Shown: positions 59,280 through 64,000 of the stretch, piece by piece | Position numbering within the stretch: the stretch's first letter is position 1 | How the letters are laid out: every line of letters starts with the position of its first letter | IMG/VR virus record: IMGVR_UViG_3300023181_000025 | Span: 62,001 to 126,000 of that record | DNA length: 64,000 nucleotides | Direction: 5' to 3' (one strand) | Notes under the pieces: model-generated | Told to the model about the DNA's origin: nothing | The model's input: the letters and a program-made list of their open reading frames with translations, nothing else | Database searches by the model: none | Made by a program: the position numbers and the translations under genes

Positions 59280-60237
59280 ATACAAATTCACAATTAAAAG
59301 AATATCCCCTAGAGAGCGCAAGAAGCAAAGAGGCAGTATTCTTGACATACGAAAAATTCGGAGAAGCTTGGGATAAGGCAGCTAAAGAAAACAATGATCG
59401 CGGCGAATTAAGCATTGATGATTATTACGATATGTGCGAAAAATACACGGAAATATATGGGGAGCCAAACTCCGATGATAGCGAAGAGTTCGAAAAATTC
59501 GCCAAGGGATACCAATTAGGCTTTAAGTTAGGCCATGAAGTAGCAAAATATAAATACGAATAAACCCTTGGAAAAAGAAATACTTAAATTAACATCAGAA
59601 GAGGCGCGAAATATAATTTATAATCAAAATAAAGATTATAAGGAAATTAAGGTGGAAATTTACGAAAAGAATAGGTGGTTGATTTATTTTGAAAAAATTA
59701 TGCAGCGCATTTCTGACAATAAGTTTTTTAGTTTTTGTTATTCCGAAGGATCGGGCTGGCAAGGAGAGAAAAATGCTTATGAAGGAGAAGATTTTATCGA
59801 AGCTAAAGAGGTTTTTGAAAAGCGAATTACCACTTACGAATAATATTAATAATAATGAATGCACCAACAAAATTAAAACAAGCTATTCTTCTTGATGCAA
59901 AAGAAGGCTACGATCATTTAGATTTTTCTCAGTATAATCTTGAAGACCCCGGAGGCATCGAAGAATGCTGGGAAAAGTTTAATTGGGATATTCAAGACTG
60001 TAAAGAAGAGTTTCGTGGGGGCTCAGACAAAACCAACATACCTACGCCATACAGTCGTTATTATGAATCAAAATCTGTTGCAACTAAGATGAGCGATGGA
60101 TCATGGGTTGGATGGACTTATTGGTATGGCGGCGGAAAACACGGACAACCTGAAGCGGTTGAATGGGTTGATGACGCCTATTATTTAGACTGTAAAGAAG
60201 AAGAAAAAGTAGTAACGGTTAGAACATTTACAAAGCA

Positions 60238-60729
60238 ATGATACAGCACGGAGCTTCTTTTATCCACCCTCCTTTAGGGATTCACCCAACCGATTCAGAC
60301 AAATTTAAGATTTTCTTAGCTGGAAGTATCGAAATGGGGGCGGCAGAAGATTGGCAATCGAAGGTTACTTGGGACGTTCGTGACTTTAGAGATAAAGTCA
60401 TTTTTATGAATCCTCGTCGCCCAGACTGGGACAATACATGGCAGCAAAGCATAACCGACCCAAACTTTAAAGAGCAAGTGAATTGGGAACTTGACATGCT
60501 TGCATCAAGTGATATGGTCGTTTTCTACTTTGATCCCAATACGCTTTCTCCGATTTCCCTTTTGGAATTAGGTCTTTACGCCGCAACGAAGAAAAAGGTT
60601 TTAGTTTGTTGCCCAAAAGGGTATTGGAGGCGAGGGAATATTGAGGTTATTTGTGATAAATATGGAATTCCATTATTTGAAAGCTATGAAGAATGGATCG
60701 AAGAAATTAAAAAGAATATTATATGGTAA
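60238..60729 (+). CDS. nucleoside 2-deoxyribosyltransferase-like protein
   Basis: FLAGSIEMG.A.DWQ, NPRR, QV.WE, SPISLLELG. Confidence 0.88.
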   Translation: MIQHGASFIHPPLGIHPTDSDKFKIFLAGSIEMGAAEDWQSKVTWDVRDFRDKVIFMNPRRPDWDNTWQQSITDPNFKEQVNWELDMLASSDMVVFYFDPNTLSPISLLELGLYAATKKKVLVCCPKGYWRRGNIEVICDKYGIPLFESYEEWIEEIKKNIIW

Positions 60730-61000
60730 TACCAAAAGAAGTTTGGATTAATTATATGTAGGTAAAACTTTTTTCGAGACTGGAGAGTATCCAATAAATT
60801 TAACCACCCATAATCCAGCATTAAGAGAAGAATTAATTGATATAAAAATTAATCCGCAAAGTTATAATAGAAAAGATTTAGAAGCACGAATTTATGAAGA
60901 ACTTGATAGTCTTCATAAGACTATAGACAAATCAACTATTAATTTTAAATATAATTGGGACTTAGCCGCAGATATAATTACACAAGCAAGAAAACTATAA
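60723..61000 (+). pseudogene. frameshifted ~91-aa gene
   Basis: ATG 60723 hits TAG 60759; open start-less frame 60752-61000; one extra TA separates them. Confidence 0.55.
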
Positions 61001-61637
61001 CATGTCAATTAACAATACTTACTATACCGTGGCCGGAATTCGTTTTAATTCGGTCGAAGAGTTCAAGGGATATCTAAAGCCAAGACTTTTTACTGACACC
61101 TCGGAAGAATATTATAATCTTTATGTCGAACCATTTGACGACAATGGATATAATGAAAAAATTACAAAAACGGAAAGTGGGCTCCATGTAATTATGGATG
61201 GCTTTAACGGAAGTTATGTAATTGTGGGAAAAATACTTAAGAAAAGCTTATACAGCCTTGAAATGACATCCTTTGCGGATATTCAGGCTGAAGTAGACTG
61301 GGGCGATTTGGAGGACAAGATCTATATGTATTTTGGAAACCACGGGAAAATGTTGGATATTCACATTGGAGGGCACCTGCATTAAATATGATTAGTCGAA
61401 TTATTTCATTCCATAGTCTTGATTGGGAAGGGGGACTTGTTGAGGACACGTCTGCCTTCAATAGTATTTCAGAAGTTGGTGGACAGGATGAACCGGACAA
61501 CTATTTAATTTTTGACGAAAATGGGAGCTGTGAACAAATCGAAAATTGTCTAGAGAAAATTGAAGAATTGGTAAAATATGGCCAATTTGATATTGACATT
61601 GTTCGCGAAATCATATTAAATGAGGTCTTCAAACAAT

Positions 61638-62057
61638 ATGAATAAACCACCTGATATTATCATAACTACCGCCGCTTCGGGCGCGGGAAAATCGACTTTT
61701 TCTAAATTGCTATGCGACAATCAGTTGGGCTGGGTGTCAGTGGAGGCCGATTCATTTTTTTACGATTCCCAAGGAAATTACAATTTCGATGCGTCGAAAC
61801 TTGGGCTAGCCCACAAAAGTTGCCAAGATCAATTCTTAAGATATCTTAAGGAACCATCCGTAAAGACTATTATTGTGGCCAATACAAATACCAAACCCGC
61901 AGACTATAAGTTCTATGAGGACGCGGCAAATAAGTTGGGGTGCCGGATTTTCCACATTATCATTCAAAATCGCCACGGAAATGAAAATGTCCACAATGTC
62001 CCATTTCAGACTCTTGATAGACAAAAAGACAATATTTTAAATAACATTAAGCTATGA
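61638..62057 (+). CDS. AAA_33/polynucleotide-kinase-like P-loop protein
   Basis: ASGAGKST, EAD.FF, V.NTN, N.HNVP. Confidence 0.8.
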   Translation: MNKPPDIIITTAASGAGKSTFSKLLCDNQLGWVSVEADSFFYDSQGNYNFDASKLGLAHKSCQDQFLRYLKEPSVKTIIVANTNTKPADYKFYEDAANKLGCRIFHIIIQNRHGNENVHNVPFQTLDRQKDNILNNIKL

Positions 62058-62249
62058 AAGTTTACAAATTAGAGGTTTACGTGATGGATGTTTACGACGA
62101 AGGGGAAAAGACGATCGTTCAGTGCATTGAAGACAGCGATTATTTTTCTTGCTATGTAAAAGATGTAAAATCTGTAGACGCGGGAGAGTGGAGCGATGAC
62201 CATCCATTAAATAGAATAGAAACCTCAGCGAAAGAACTAGAAAAGCTAT

Positions 62250-62489
62250 TTATTCTTGATTAATTTTATTTTCTTCTTGAATATCTTGCTTACACTCCAC
62301 CTTTGCGGCCTGATAAGTTCCCCAATGTCCGGTTACGATTGAATAAACAGAGATAAAAACCAACACAGGGACAGAATCCTTTAGCCAAACACAAATTGGA
62401 ATAGATAAAATTAGCCATATAATAGTTAACCAGCCATTTATTCGGCGCATTAATATTGGGCTATCAATCAATTCTAACAATTTTCTCAC
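62250..62489 (-). CDS. small two-helix membrane protein
   Basis: two hydrophobic segments; TGTGTAA motif upstream. Confidence 0.6.
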   Translation of the reverse strand: MRKLLELIDSPILMRRINGWLTIIWLILSIPICVWLKDSVPVLVFISVYSIVTGHWGTYQAAKVECKQDIQEENKINQE

Positions 62490-63023
62490 AACTTATATTA
62501 CACACAAAAATAAACATATGGAAGACATTCACGGATTAATTGCAGGAAATATCAAAACAACCAATTATGAAGAATTTTTGGAAATTATTAAATTAATAAA
62601 CAAGGATTATGGACAACTTCAAAAAGAAGGGAAGTTCACCCATACATATTTTAAAGATACTCTTACTGATTGGGAAACAGTCAGGGGTTGGAAACATAAG
62701 GAAGAGGATGCAAAGGAACTCCGACATGTGCTTAGAACTGAGTGGTATATAGGGGGAGTAAGCGGGGGGAGCTGTTGGGATGATGGGTCAGAAAACAATC
62801 ATTACAGTGTTGTTTCGGATTCTTCTCCAGAAGAATTAACTATTCTAGATGCGATTTTACTGAAATTTTGCCCCTCTATTAATTTTCTTGAATACAAGAT
62901 TTTAACTAACAAACTAGTTGAATACAAAACAAGGTCAGAAAATGAATATTATGGAAATTCTTCAAATTACGCAAGTTACACTGTAGTTGTGGAGGATTTA
63001 TTTAACTACATTAAAGAAAAAGG

Positions 63024-63419
63024 ATGGCTCGCGTAATAGTAATAATAGGACTGCCGGGTAGTGGAAAAAGCTTTTTAAGTCGTCAAATACTAAAAGAGAA
63101 TCCGGGATTTGAGATATTAGATGACCCGACACAAAAAGAGTCGCATATTTTAATTAATCTTTTAGAGAACGGTAAAAATCTAATAGTTTGTGATCCTCAT
63201 TTATGCAATCCCGCCAATAGAAAGCTGGCGGAATCAATTTTTGCGGATTGGGGATATGAAGTTAGCCGGATTTTCTTTGAAAACAATGTTGAAAAATGTA
63301 AAAACAACATTAAGTTTCGCAATGACGAAAGAATTATTGACAGGTTTGAAACTTTCCAATACGTTGTTCCTGAATGGGCGGAACCTTTGAAAATTTGGCA
63401 AAACGAAGAAAAATTATGA
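63024..63419 (+). CDS. second AAA_33/kinase-like P-loop protein
   Basis: IIGLPGSGKS, LDD, C..N...R. Confidence 0.7.
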   Translation: MARVIVIIGLPGSGKSFLSRQILKENPGFEILDDPTQKESHILINLLENGKNLIVCDPHLCNPANRKLAESIFADWGYEVSRIFFENNVEKCKNNIKFRNDERIIDRFETFQYVVPEWAEPLKIWQNEEKL

Positions 63420-64000
63420 ATAACTCGGAATACAAAAAATATTGCACAGGTTTTCCATATCTTTTGGTTTTAAATAGTAAGAGAGGCTATATTTATTATT
63501 TAATTAATTCGGAAGCAGATTTTAAAACTTCTTGCGAAAGGGTATTTAATTTTAATTTTGATTTTTACCCATCTGAAAAGAATAGGCTTTATTATGAGGC
63601 ACTCGTAGAAAAATATAAAAAAGAAAGCGAAGCTCTGCAATCAGTTGCCAATTCAATTTATGATGAAGAGGTTAAAAGGGCTCTTGGGGTTGAAATAAAA
63701 CTTATTAATTCAAATAATTATCTTTACGATGCAGAAAATTATTTAGATGAGATAAACGAAATAAAAGAATTATCTACCAAAAGAGATATAGAGAAAATAG
63801 TGGATTATGTTTTGTTTAGGCAGGATTATCAATACGAAAATATTCAAAGAGAAGAATTCTCATGAATGTAACGTCAAGACCTAAAGTAATTCAGTTGATT
63901 TCAACAAAAAATAAATCTAAGACAAGCCATAAAAATTCCAAAAAAATTCATTTTCAAAGACGTTTTCGCGACCGAGTCGGGTGGATTCTAAACGATAATT

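Noticed and set aside
800-63390. Numerous short antisense or nested ORFs in the track
   Set aside because: Shadows of well-supported genes without motifs or expression signals
1-64000. Genome-wide TAG recoding (code 15)
   Set aside because: Long conserved genes are uninterrupted in code 11 and coding density is high
1-64000. CRISPR array or Cas12 locus
   Set aside because: No regularly spaced direct repeats seen; the RuvC protein is TnpB beside an IS607 TnpA

Overview
AT-rich, densely coded 64-kb segment of a large tailed-phage genome, read in the standard genetic code. A PEP-CTERM gene suggests a Gram-negative, exosortase-bearing host such as Verrucomicrobia or Planctomycetes (inference). 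Bases 1-9.2 kb are a minus-strand DNA-metabolism block (RecA/UvsX, gmd, MazG-like, nrdAB, GT4, SSB). A hairpin-rich strand switch follows, then a sigma factor and a MoxR-AAA/vWA pair. Bases 16.3-36.7 kb form an RNA/translation island. It holds about 24 tRNAs with readable anticodons (nearly all lacking encoded CCA, one an amber suppressor), a CCA-adding enzyme and two Pth2-like proteins. It also holds about 9 tRNA-shaped RNAs with replaced anticodon arms, a ~245-nt RNA copying the uL11-binding GTPase centre (H43/H44) of 23S rRNA, and two leader-peptide/terminator attenuator-like units ahead of tRNA clusters. The island is interrupted by lysis and tail genes and by an IS607 element (TnpA + cargo DNA methyltransferase + TnpB) that appears to split a structured RNA. 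Bases 37-64 kb are accessory genes: NADAR, SLOG, NDT, two RNA ligases, PNK-like kinases, ThyA/DHFR, DNA ligase, glyco- and methyltransferases, CoaB, RlpA and homing endonucleases. Two promoter classes are visible: sigma70-type promoters giving near-leaderless mRNAs, and a recurring (A/T/G)GTGTAA motif, probably a late promoter. All calls come from manual reading; no searches or folding programs were run.
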